DNA from: Camelus dromedarius
Taxonomy: Eukaryota
DNA length: 64,000 bases
Direction of reading: 5' to 3'
Assembly (NCBI RefSeq): GCF_036321535.1
Contig: NC_087437.1
Location: forward strand, 56,546,001-56,610,000
The position numbers and the translations under genes are program-made. Below are positions 22,091 through 34,345 of this stretch, piece after piece (the stretch's first letter is position 1; every line of letters starts with the position of its first letter). The notes beneath the pieces are model-generated. The model ran no database searches, was not told the origin of the DNA, and saw only the letters and a list, made by a program, of their open reading frames with translations.

Positions 22091-24379
22091 TCTGATGTTA
22101 GTTTATAAAAGCACCTCTTCTGATAAGAACACAGTGATCTTCCCTTATTTAACACTAAAGGAAATGGTGTTAGGCAATCATGTTGCTACTTTCCATCCTC
22201 CTGACCTTTAGATTTTATGCTAAGTGATTTCCTTGAAGTGAATCCTACCACATCAAATATGTTTTTTTTTAAGTCATTAACTTGTTCTATCTTCTGAATT
22301 CATCATGAGTCACAGGTGTAACAGTCCCTTGAGGAATTACTAAATGTCTCAGACATTTCAGAGATGTTCTGGGTCAAATTACAGTTTAGAAAGAGGACAC
22401 TTAAATTAGAGTTGAATAGAAGAGTTGAAAATCAACTGATTTACTCCCTGAAGGAAGCAGAAATGTCTCAATTATATGCAATATCAGGTCAGGCTTCTCT
22501 AGAGATTTTATAGTGATATATGCTTCCAGTGTCCCTGGAAAGTCAAGCCTTTTTGGATGGCCTAATTTAGTTACAAAAATAATTGCTATACAGGGCAATA
22601 TTCACCTTTCACAAGACTAAAGCATATGCCTTTTAAAATTTATTAGTGAATTATTTGATTCACTTAGAAAGCAGATTACTTACCTATTATTGGACCTCAA
22701 TTCCTTGTCTTCATTTTTTTTCTGGTTCAAACTCTTCACCTTCTGAGCTCACAAAATCTTTCCCAAGAGAAGCTGCTCATTCTCATGCAGGAAACCTTAT
22801 GGCACTTAATCCCTTTCTCGTGCCACTTCGTTTTTGTTTTGAGTGACAATGAATTGTGCTTCTTTCTTTCCTTTCCCATTACTTTGTAAAGCAACATCCT
22901 GCAAGAAATTGGGTTCATTCTCTTTCCATAGAAGCCAACATAGGTCCTGAGGGGGTGTCGTAGGATTCAACAGATGCCTAAATCTCTCCCAGCAAAGCCA
23001 TGTGCTTTGTTCTGCTCACTCTGCCTCTCAGAGAAATGCTTGAAAATGTATGGGTTAATGGTATTAATTAAAAAAATAAATAAAGTTTTCTTGAAATCTG
23101 TGCCAAGAGATTAAAATTGTTCTATTTGTGTTCAAAGGAATCAAAGTTATCAGTTTCGAGTTGGAAGCTAAGAAAGTCAGCTGATTTTGTATGTGAGGAA
23201 AACAAAATTCACAAACCATTTAAACCATCCAACCGAAACCCAAACAGGAGTGGGCTGTTAGGTATTTACATTAGACTCAACAATCTTTTTTTTTTTTAAA
23301 TGAGGAACCAGTGTTAGCTCAGTTTCCAAAAAGTGATAATTTACCAGCAAACGGTCGTGTTTGTGTGCATGGCAACAGGCTTGGCAAGACTTACAGGGGT
23401 ATCAAACAAAGAGAATTGTCCAAATTACCCAAAGTGTCAACTCCAACCTATTTATTTGATTTAATCAATCTCATGGCTCTTTCGACTTCCTTAACAAATA
23501 AAGGCACAAAAGCTGAGTTAGGTCAATCACCCTTCTTGGTTTTTGTTGTAGGGGATTTATTCTGCTTGCAAGCAAATGAATGTAAAGTTGGCTTTTCCAA
23601 CTTGTACTAAAGCATTTAACAATGTGAATCAAATCCAACAAATCAGCTGAAACCATTAACTTTAAAATGAACCCTGAAGGAATTTAAATAAGGGCTGTGT
23701 CCTCAAATAATATCCTATATTACAGGTGCAATTTTACATCCGCCAACAAAATGCCTACTGAACTAGGAACTGAAGCAATGCAGTCACGGGAATGATGATC
23801 AACCATATTTTTTTTTTAAGATCATAAATTCTGTGTGTGGGATTAGAAGAACATCAGAGTGGAGAATAAACTCTACCATAAGTTCCATGTTATCAAAGAC
23901 TTACCATTGAAAGGAATTCAAAATACCACTATTCAATATCTTATCTGTTTCACAAATACCCTTCCAAGTGGTTATCAGCTTCTGCAAGGGCTGGGAACTA
24001 ACTCATTGCATTCTGGGGTAGCCTATGCTGTCTATAACTGAATTTATTAAAATACTTTGTCAAAATCTGTTACCTTGATATGTCTGTTCATGGTAAAATT
24101 GTATTTCTTATGACCACAAATATATCTATTCTGCCCACATGGAAAACTTTTCAATGGATGAAACTTACAACTTCTCACCTATGTCAGCTAAACACTGTTA
24201 CTTTTCAATTGCTTCTGTGTGTAATGCCAAGGACCCTTCACTATTACTGTTCTCTTCTTTGCCACACACTTAAGTGTATCTACATTTATAAGGTCTAGAT
24301 TTACATAGAAAGTAAAACACATTTTCTTTAGGATTTATTTCCTAATTTGCTTTATTCACTGATGTTTCTTAATAAAATA

Positions 24380-24965
24380 TGTTATTAATTAATGTAGATT
24401 GCATTCACAAAAAGAATAATACAAAATTCCCTTTTAGTGATTAACCCAATGAAAAATATGCATATTTTATATGAAACAGTAACAACTTATTGAATGTATA
24501 AAATATGTGCAGAAACTTCTATTATAGATAAATATTCCAATAGTTATAAAGACTTAAGTTTTCCCAAATTATTAGTAGAATTAACATAATTTCACTACTA
24601 AACCTATCACGTTTTTCCTTGGAACTCTGTAATGAGACAATAGATGCTATCTGGAAATATAAACAGATAAGACTATCAAAGAGTACTAAAAAAGTAAAAA
24701 ATAGGCATAAATTTAAATATGTTTCTATAAATTAAAAACTATTGTACTGGATAAAGTAAATGTACAAAATAGGAAATATGTAATAGAATAAATTGCCAAT
24801 GAATTTAACATATTTTGAAAATATTTGCAAATCAATAAGAAACTTGGAGCTCATTCCATAATAGGTCTAGAATAAGCATTTAGAAACTTAGAAAAAATTT
24901 TAACTTCTCAAGATACACCAAAATTATATAAAGTTCAGGTAAAAAGTTAGGTGAATAAAAAGAAA
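24380..24965 (+). mobile_element. Ancient L1 (L1ME-like) ORF2 relic
   Basis: A-rich degraded L1 ORF2-like text (ttttcccaaattattagtagaattaacataattt...ttggaact...attaaaaactattgtactgg). Confidence 0.5.
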
Positions 24966-26077
24966 TGCAATTTGTTTTCTAAAGCCATAATATTTTGTAA
25001 TTTTTGACATCATAGACAAATGACAAAAGTACTTGAAATTTCTCTCTTACCAAGTCCAACGAACATGGCAGATCAGTGTAGTAGAACAGCATTATATTAT
25101 GTAGAATTTTAAGATAATCAGAGGACTTGCCAACTATTGGATATAGATCAAGAGAATTAACATAGCTCAGGGTCAAAACAGTGAAGTGTGTACTGCTGTC
25201 TATCTCATGTAAAACAAACTCTTTTTTCCTTTACTGATGAGGATTGAGAAAAATACATTCTCCAGCTCAATAGCTGTGTACCCAATGTCAGGGACTATCT
25301 TGACCTATTCCAGTTAGGATCCACAGCTTACACAGTTGCAAAGGATTCTGCCATTTGGTAAGGGTGACCATATTTCTCTGTTATCTGTCATTATCATCTG
25401 CGTTTTCAGGAATTGTACTGCTGATTTAAATGGGGGGAGGGGGGCGGGTCACCATCTCAGCATACTTTATATCTTTGATGATTACATTTACCTCTGCAGT
25501 TCCTCCTGGTATATGGTAATACAGCTGATTTACTATCCTGGCAGTGTGAGGTGACAGTTTCAGGAGCTTTCACTTGACATTTCTTCCATTATATCATTTA
25601 CTCTGCAGTCAAGATAATCTATATGACGATTTTACCAGCTTCTAAATATATGCATTTCACTTATGTACTGGAGATCAGGCAACTGACCTAAGGATGTGTC
25701 CAAGGACCCCGTTACGTATATAGTAAGATGTAGTTGGACCATAATTCCATTGATCACGTGTGTTCCATAAGTCCTCATTCTAATAAGGGTTTTACAATGC
25801 ATTTCAGAGCCCATGTTTGAGATCCAGTCTCAGTTCAGATTCCATAATTGCCTGCAAACATATGCTGATTCTTACATGGCCATGTCATTCAGGGTTACCT
25901 ACCTATATGATCCAACAAAACATAAGCTCAGAATTTCATTTTAAAAGATCCCAAGTTGATAGTGTACCCAGTCATGTGGCAGAAGAAAACACAAATTCAC
26001 TTTAAAAGAATGCAACATCAATGTAAGCCTCAAAAATTTCCACGACTATTTCTCAGAACGTGAGTTTGCAATCCTCA

Positions 26078-26551
26078 GAGTGTTTCCTCCCTTTCAGCTT
26101 TTTTGGAAGAGTTTGAAGAAGATTGGTGTTAATTCTTTTTTAAATGTTTAGTAGAATTCACAAGTAGGATGTTATGATTAACAAGTGGGAGGTTTATGAT
26201 TACTGCTTCAACCTCATTACTTGCTATTAGTCTGTTCAGATTTTCTGTTTCTTCATGATTCAGTCTTGGTAGATTGCATATTTCTAAGAATTCATCCATT
26301 TCTTCTGGATTATCCAAGTTTGGGGTGGATAATTGTTCAGATTAGTCTCTTATGATTCTCAGAATTTCTGTAGTATCAGTTGTAATGGCTCTTCTTTTAT
26401 TCACAATCTTACTTATTTGAGTCTTTTCTCTCTCTCTCTTTTTTTTTTTTTTTTTTTGGTTAGACTAACTGAAGTCTTGTCACTATTCTTCATCTTTTCA
26501 AAAAAAACACTTAGCTTTGTTAATATTTTCCATTGTTTTTCTAGTCTCTAT
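26078..26551 (-). mobile_element. L1 ORF2 internal fragment
   Basis: ORF 26129-26317 reads DNPEEMDEFLEICNLPRLNHEETENLNRLIASNEVEAVI, matching the L1 ORF2 segment just upstream of the RT domain. Confidence 0.93.
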
Positions 26552-28043
26552 CTCAAAACAACAAAAATCCACTTTTAAAAGCAAAAACAATATATGTTGC
26601 AAACTTTAGCTAAAGTCAAGCATCAACCATGCAAATAGTTACAACCTATTTAATCTCTGCAGTCTCATTTAGATTTTACATGGGAACAATCTTATTTCAC
26701 ATTAAAACTAATATGTAGGTGGTCGTCCAAGGATCATCATCAATGCAAGGAATCAGAGCTCCCTCCTTGCATTCAAGCTGAGGGCACCAGCAGGGTAAAT
26801 CCAGAGTAAACAAAAACAGGTTTCTAGGTGTGAAGCCTATAATGTTAGGCTGAGACAGGATGCCTGGATGCTATTCCAACTCTGCTTTGAACGAGTTACC
26901 ACCTCTGTCCAGGCCACAGTTTATTTCTATATAAAATTAGTGGGTTAAAATAAAATTGAAGTATTGAAAATATGACCTGTAGGACAAATATAGTGTGCCT
27001 ATCCCAGGGTAGAGAATCACTTAATGTCTTTAGAACAACTTAGAAGCCTTCACTCACTATTATAACTCACCTAAAATGGAGGTGATTAAGCATTTAAGCC
27101 CTAAACTGCTGCTTCTGGACAGTGAGAGAACGGAGAAAGAACTGCTGACTTTCCCTAGGAATTATTATCTCTGTAATGAGAGATGTGTTTTCATCTCTGC
27201 ATGCCAAACCTGATGAGACTTATGCCACAAAAAGAGGCTTAAAATGTCCCTTTTGTTTCACAACATAAGTAGAATGCCAATTTTGCAGTGAAGAGACAAA
27301 AAAGCAGTGGTCAGATTAGAGAAATAAAGGACCATCCATCCTAAGTAATTCCGATAGGATGACATTATGTATTAGTTGAAACATTTCACCATTTGTAATT
27401 TGGACATTAAATTATAGAAGTGGGTGAAAATATTTCATCAGGTGGAACAATAAAACAATCTCAGATAGATTTTTTTAAATCGCTTTCCCTGTCATATATC
27501 ATGAACTCAAAAAAAATGCAAAACACTTTTCTAATAACTTTTGGCTAAAGCTAGGAAGATGATTCATTTTGGACATTTACATAGCGTCGTACATTTTAAG
27601 GTGTTAGAAAATTCAATTTCATGGGTACTATTTTGTCTCTTAAAATTCAGGTATTTCTTAGGGTCAAAGAAGTCAAATACTTAAGGAACAACTTGCTCCT
27701 TGGGCTTACTTTTTGATCTTGCTTGTTTGGAATGCAAGCAAGGACTCGGATTACTTTTGAACCAGCTCATACCAATTTCACAACCTCCTGCTCTGGCATG
27801 TCTGAGGAAAGTGGTTTTATTACTTTTTATATCATCCAACCAATCATCCAGGACTGATTCCTAAAATGTGTTTGGGGATGTTGAGTGTGAACTGTAAGAG
27901 ATTTTAGCCTCCTTTAAAATGTTAAAATCAAAGAATATTTGTCTAATTTTTGCTCTCCTTAGGAATGTAGAATATAGGAGTCTAGAGGAAAAGTCTTATT
28001 TTTTTTTCTCGTTTCTTTAAAGTGCAGTTCTGAAAATTTGTAC

Positions 28044-28240
28044 TTTAAACAATTTTATTTCGTAATAATTTCAAACTTATAAAAAGTTACAAAAATAAAA
28101 ATAGTGCAAAGAACATCCATATGAATTTAACTCCAATTAATCTATTGTTAGCATTTTATCCCATTTGCTTGATGAGTGTCTCTCTGTGTATATATATATA
28201 TGTATGTGTGTATATATATATATCCTTTTCCTGCCTACTT
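28044..28240 (-). mobile_element. L1MC-like 3' end
   Basis: aataatttcaaacttataaaaagttacaaaaataaaaatagtgcaaagaac...ctattgttagcattttatcccatttgct. Confidence 0.75.
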
Positions 28241-29004
28241 CCTCCTGAAATAAGGGCTTTATTTTCTTACTCAAGCTGACTGTATTTATTATTATGGAGG
28301 AAATAAAAAGAAGCAGGGATATTTTTTGATGAAAACAAATATGATCTTGCAAGGCAAAGTCCTCAGTTGTCTGCAGGAACTCCAGGAAACAAGAGGCATT
28401 CCTTTTGTTACAAGGGAAAGGAAAGGGCCCCTGCTGGGTCAGAACAGTCGAGACAATGCAGAGGTTAGACTTCGAAGCTCATTCAGTCAAATATTCCCAC
28501 TGTAGGCCTCAAGGCTCATTCTTTTTCTATTGGCATCTTGTCTTTGACATGAGAGACCTATCAAGGTTATAGAATTAGCTGTAACTGAGCTACATTTATA
28601 ATTAACAGTTGGACCTCTGCATTGTAGCTGCTGGAGCTGAGGGTCTTTATATAAATGTTGCCATGGAAGTATTTTTTTTTAATTTTCAGAGTTTAACTAC
28701 CTAAGTCAATCACTTTATGTTCTAAAGGTTTTGAAGCTGCAAATAAGAACCAGCCAAATGACAATCTTTAGAATGACTTCTGCCCCTATCAGATATTTAA
28801 ATATCAACCCTTTAAAACTACCTCAGAAGCTAAAGTTTCAACCTATCATTGGTAAAATTCTTAGAGACTATAAGCCTACGGCATGCAAGAGTTATCATCG
28901 TCCCATTTACCAGCAGTACCATAGTCCTCACTGTCACCTGACTGGTGAGTGTTCTAGTTTTAGAATCCCAACCTGGTGATGTGCTTTCCAGGGTCTTTTC
29001 TGTT

Positions 29005-29550
29005 GCCAATCAACTTAAACTAGTTTCCCTAAAAAAGTAGGCATGAAATATAGTCCTCCATGCAGATAGTTTATTTTTGAGAGTGATCCCAAGGAATAGG
29101 AGTGGGAGTGAGAAGGGTATAAAAGGGAAGAAGGAGAGCCAATCTCAGAATAAATTACCATGTTAATCACCTCAGTGGGACACTAGACATCTATCTTACT
29201 TGAGATCTGGTTCTTCGGAGGACCAGGTAGAAAGCACTTGTTTATTTCTCCTGAATTTCAAAAGAAGAAATTATTTATTCACTTGTTTTCACCTCTCACT
29301 AGTTAAAAGCAGCCATGTGGGGTTAACTCCCTCAAAATCTGAGATTTTTCTCCATGTCAGAATGGCTGATGACTTTCTGGACATTGTTCCACAAGGTAGT
29401 GGAAGAGAAGCCAAGAAGATAAGTGGAGCTATTCCATACGGCTCAGGTGGAGTGAGTTACAGTTGGGTTACACTTGCACACAGTAGGTTGACACGGCAAA
29501 AACTGAAGTAAAAAGGAAGTTTGAAATGACGCAAAGTGAGACACAGGATG
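29005..29550 (-). mobile_element. LTR16-like ERVL solo LTR
   Basis: atgcagatagtttatttttgagagtgatcccaaggaataggagtggga...gggaagaaggagagccaat. Confidence 0.65.
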
Positions 29551-29652
29551 AGTCAGTGATACTTGTCATTTAAATAAGAGGAGAGATACTATTAGCTAAA
29601 AGAACATATTTTAGAACAGGAGTCTTTTACTACTTAAGTGAAGGTAAGGTCC

Positions 29653-30580
29653 TGCATTAGTTTCCTAGGGCAGCTGTAAAAACTACCACAAACTTGTTGG
29701 CTTATAACAACACAAATGTATTCTTTCACAGTTCTGGTGAGCAGAAGTTCAAAGTTAGATTCACTGGGCTAAATTCAGTGTGTCAGCACAGCTGGTTCCT
29801 TCTGGAGGCTCTAGAGGAGAGTATGTGTAATTGTCTTTTCCAATTTCCAGAGGCCATCTGTATTTTTTTTTTTTTTTTTTTAGTTTATGTCCCTGGATTA
29901 GAATTTTCCAGAGAAACAGATTCAATAGGCTTGAGAGGGAGAGAGAGAGAAAAAAAGAGAGATTGAGATTAAGATTTATTTCAAGGAATTAACTCATGCC
30001 ATGGTGGATGCTAACAAATTCAAAATTTTCAGAACAGGTCAGAGGCTGGAGTCCCAGGGAAGAGTTGATACTGCATTCCTGAGTCTGAAAGCAGTTTGGA
30101 GGCAGAAGGTTTTTTCCCCTTTGGAACTTCAGTTTTTCCCCTGAAAACCTTCAGCTGGTTGGATGAGGCCTACTTAAGTTATGGAGGGTGATCAAAGTCA
30201 ATTTATTTAAATGTTAATCACATCTAAAGAATAGCTTCGCAGCTATTCACTGGCAACCACAGCCTGGGCAAGCCGACATAGAAAATTAACCATCACAGTT
30301 CCCTGCCACCCCCTGCCCCCATTGTCAAGTTACATCACTCCAATCTCTGTGTCTAGCACCTTATGACCCTCTCTGTAGTTTGGTTCTTTCTGCATTCCTC
30401 TCATAAACATCCTAATGATTACATCAGGCCCATCCAGATAATCCAGGATATTGTCTTAATTTCAAAATCCTTAACTACATTATATCTGCAAAGTCTCTTT
30501 TACTATATGAGATAACATTCACAGGTTCTAAGGATTCGGGTGTGGACATCTTATAAGGAAGCATTATTAAGGGTATCACC
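29653..30580 (-). mobile_element. MLT1-type MaLR LTR split by an MLT2 insertion
   Basis: tgcattagtttcctagggcagctgtaa..actaccacaaactt...ttctggaggctctagagg, resuming after 30297 with gattacatcaggcccatccagataatccaggata...aacattcacaggttctaaggatt. Confidence 0.88.
29888..30297 (-). mobile_element. MLT2-type ERVL LTR nested in MLT1
   Basis: ttttccagagaaacagattcaatagg...atttatttcaaggaatt...aaaattaaccatcaca. Imperfect 5-bp flanks gttta/gttcc. Confidence 0.88.
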
Positions 30581-30950
30581 GTCTGCCTTGTTGCCGCCCA
30601 AGATTCATGTGCATCCTACATGCAAAATACATTACTCTAAATCAGGCACGAGACTCTGGGTATGACCTGTCCATCCTGAGACAAAATTCCACTCCATTTG
30701 TGGATGTGTGAAACAAGAAAAGAAGTTATCAAGAGAAGTTATCGGCTCCCGAAATGCAACTGAGGGACAGGCGTAGGACAACAGTTACAGACTTTTCCAT
30801 TCCAAAAGGAAGAAAATGGAAGTAAGAAAGGAATAACTGGTCCCAATAAATTTTGAAACCAAGCAGGTTAATTCCATTAGAATTCAAGACCTGGAAATAA
30901 GCTTCTATGGCTCTTGGCTTCACCCTCTGAGTCATCCCTCCTTTTTTGTT
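30581..30950 (-). mobile_element. MaLR (MLT1) internal sequence adjoining the LTR
   Basis: gtctgcc...caagattcatgtgcatcctacatgcaaaatacatt...ccattccaaaaggaagaaaatgga directly follows the LTR end. Confidence 0.75.
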
Positions 30951-30974
30951 GCTTTTTTTTCTATGTGGGAGGAG

Positions 30975-32717
30975 GGAACTACTCAACTCCAGCCCACCTA
31001 GCTATTATGTCCCACCTAGCCATTATGTCCCACCAAGGTGGGGAGAAAAAAACTGAGAAACACTTGCAAATTTCACAGTCCAGAGGCATAGGCTTACTAA
31101 AAGACTGAGAACTAATAATAGGACTATAAAGCATTTCCCTTATCCCCACATCTCACCATCATACTACTAAGGGTCTATTTACAGCAGTTCCTTTTCTTAA
31201 GTACATCGTGTCTGGTTAAAAAGAAAAAAATCACAAAGCGTAACAAAAGGCAAAAAAAAATGAATAGACAGAACAGGCATCAGAAGCAGACAAGGCAGAG
31301 ATGTTGGGATTATCAGACTGGGAATTTAAAATAACTATAATTAATATGCTAAGGGCTCTAATGGATAAAGAAGATAACATGCAAGAACAGATGGGAAATG
31401 TAGGTAAAGAGATAGAAATACTAAGAAAGCATCAAAAAGAAATACCAGGGATCAAAAACACTGTAACTGAAATGAAGAATGCTTTTGATTGCTTTATTAG
31501 TAAACTGGACATAGCTCAGGAAAGGATCCCTGTGCTAGAGAACATTTCAATAGAATCCTCAAAAACCAGAAACCAAACCAAACCAAAGAACAAAGACTGA
31601 AAAAAGACAAAGGACAGACTATTCAAGAACTGTGGACAACTACAAAAAGTACAACATTGCATTTAATGGGAAAAGTGGAAGAAAAAGAGAGAAAGGAGCA
31701 AAAGAAATATCTTAAACAACAAGATTGAATATATCCCCCAAATTAATGTCAGACCACTCAACTGCAGATGCAGGAACCTCAGAGAACACAAGCAGGGTAA
31801 AACAACAGCAAAACCCTGCACATAGGCGTATTATTTTCAAATTACAAAAAATCTAAGATAAAAAAAGTTCCAAAAGAAGCCAGAGGAAACAAACACCTTA
31901 TCTACAGATGATCAAAGATAAGAATTATATCCAACTTCTCAGAAACCATGTAAGCAAGAAGGGAGTAGAATGAAATATTTAAAGTGTTAAGAAATAAAGC
32001 CACCAACCTAGAATTCTGTACCCTGCAAAATTATACTTTAGAAGTAAAGGAGTAATAAAGATTTTCTCAAATAAAAGTTAAGGGGATTTTTTTTGTTTTG
32101 TAAGAAATGTTAAAAGAAGTTTTTAAGAGGGAAGGGAAATAATATAGATCATAAACTCAGATCTACATAAAGAAAAGAAGAGCATCAAAAAAGGGAAATG
32201 TGAAAGCAAAATAAAAATTTTAATTTTTCATTTTTAAATGATCAGTGAATAAGAGACTGTTCAAAATAATAATAGCAACAATGTATTCAGTAATTATAGC
32301 TTATGTGTAACTGAAATGAATGATGGCAATGATATAAGGGATGGGAAGAAGGAATTAGAACTATTTGTCATAATAATGTACTTGCAATACATGTGAAGTG
32401 ATATAATGTTATTTGAAAGTGGACTTGGATTTATTGTAAATGTATATTGCAAACTCAAAGGTAATCACTAAAGAAAGTAAACAAAAAGTAACTGATATAC
32501 TAAGAAAGGAAAGAAAGTGGAATTCCATTAAATGTTCTACAGTAGAAAAAATCAATAAAACCAAAAGCTAATTCTTTAAACAAGATTAATAAAATTAATA
32601 AGTCTGTAGTCAAGCTAAGAAAAACAGAGATAGACTGCAAATTACTAATATTAGGAAGAAAGGAGGGACATCACTACAGATTCCATGAAAATTAAAAAGG
32701 TTGTAAAGAAATTCTAT
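30975..32717 (+). mobile_element. Old L1 (L1MC-like): 5' region, ORF1 relic, spacer and an ORF2 piece
   Basis: ORF 31301-31600 (FKITIINMLRALMDKEDNMQEQMGNV..EIEILRK..KNTVTEMKNAFD) is L1 ORF1 coiled-coil-like. The ORF1 3' region (caacctagaattctgtaccctgcaaaattatac) and ORF2 text (aatcaataaaaccaaaagct...gacatcactacagattcc) follow. Confidence 0.9.
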
Positions 32718-32937
32718 GCTTTTGAAGATTCTATTGAAATATTCTCTAGCTCAGAAATTCTTTCCTCAGCCGTGTCTAGTGTACCGCTGAGCCCATCAAA
32801 TACTTTCTTTACTTCTAAATAAAGAACATTTTTGATCTCTGACATTTCTTTTTGATACTTTCTTAGAATTTTTATGTCTTTGTTTACAATATCCATCTGT
32901 TCTTGCATGTTATCTACCTTTTCCATTAGAGCCTTTA
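32718..32937 (-). mobile_element. L1 ORF1 fragment, inverted relative to the adjacent L1
   Basis: ORF 32714-32926 (MEKVDNMQEQMDIV..LRK..LDTAEERISELENISIESSK) is homologous to 31350-31565. Confidence 0.9.
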
Positions 32938-32944
32938 AGTGTGT

Positions 32945-33492
32945 GTTAAATTAGGAGCCTGACTTAAAGGCAACTGCTTGTAAAGTATGCAAAGAGGCCT
33001 CTTTCAGGGAAAGGGGAGCTGGAGTTTCTGTCTGTGGCCTCTGCACTGAGCCCTGGGGAGATAGCTACAGTGAGTCCACTTGAACCTGTTAAGAATTCTT
33101 TCTGTGTTTGCTGTAGTCTTGTGGGTCTTGTGGGACTCAAACCCCAGTGGCTTTCATAGCAAGTGTTTTGGAGTTCTGTCTTTCAAGTAGAATTCTTAAA
33201 AATTAGGGCACTTGGTTTTAGTCCAAACCAATTGCCCCTCAGGGAGAAGCCAGGAGTTGTGAATTCCTTCCCAATTGTATGTTGCTGTGGTGAGGTTGGG
33301 ACTGGTGGCCAGAATGTGCCTCAGCCTTTCCTTGAATTTCATTTTGATTATTTTCTTGTTTGCTCAATGTGTAGAAGTTGTTCAGCTAGTTTCTGGACTT
33401 ATTTCAGAGGGAACTGTTCCATGTGTAGCTGTAGATTTGGTGTGTCCATGGGAATAGGTGAGTTCAGAAGCCTCCTATTTTGCAATTTTAGA
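32945..33492 (-). mobile_element. L1 5' UTR relic
   Basis: gtagctgtagatttggtgtgtccatgggaataggtgagttcag is the reverse complement of a mammalian L1 5' start. Confidence 0.75.
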
Positions 33493-33821
33493 ATGTCCAA
33501 TAATATTTAATACAAGTAGCTAACTACCCATTTTCCATTTTGTAATGCTTTTATCTAAGTTTTTCTGGGTTTTTTTAAATTGAATATTTTTTCTAAAATT
33601 ATATACTTTTTAAAACAGAATCCTCCTTTATAAAAACTCACATTATATATAAAGAAATTTGTAATAGAAAGACGTGACAAATTTATTTTTAATTAAATAA
33701 TTCATCCTTTATTTTACAAAGTAAATACACAGCACTTTTAAAATTAAAGGTAGATTAAGATATATTTTATATTTTATATATAATAATTGTATTAAAAACT
33801 GACAAGAGTAATATTTAGAAC

Positions 33822-34345
33822 TCTTGTTTTAGCTGGAAAGCAGAACCTGAGGTAAAGGGCTGATGTGAAAACTATGTTATTGGGAAGTACATACCAGGGA
33901 TCAGGAGTGGAGAAAAAAGCGAGCGATGCAGATAAAAACAAAAAGCCAATTACTACAACATGCTATTGATTTGGCTGCTACAAAGTGCAATGGATTGCTG
34001 ATATCCCGGCCACAAAGAGCTGTATAAATTTCATTCCAAGACAGCCAATCTTGGTGATGGTCAGGGAGGAGAACTACTCATTAATTTGTTTCCCATTTTT
34101 CAATGTTTCACTTAAGAGAGGACAATTCTGAGTTGTGCATCATAGATACTTGGCTGGGTCCCACTGCTACCCAAGCCTTTCAATCAATACGGGAGTCCTG
34201 GGAGCAGGAAACGAGATGTGTGGCGTAGATACCCCGAACAGTGCTATCATAATCCATGCGAAGCTGGTACCCACAACAGAGGGTACAAACAAGAAAAAAT
34301 TAGGCCAGTAAGCTTTGAAGTAGCACATTAAGAGGTATCTTTTAC
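33822..34345 (-). mobile_element. LTR16-like ERVL solo LTR
   Basis: ggaaagcagaacctgaggtaaagg...ttattgggaag...cagggatcaggagtgg...aaaagccaat. Confidence 0.6.

Noticed and set aside
29005..34345. Two LTR16-like copies as a single ERVL provirus
   Set aside because: They are highly diverged from each other, and the intervening DNA is MaLR/L1 with no ERVL internal sequence recognised.
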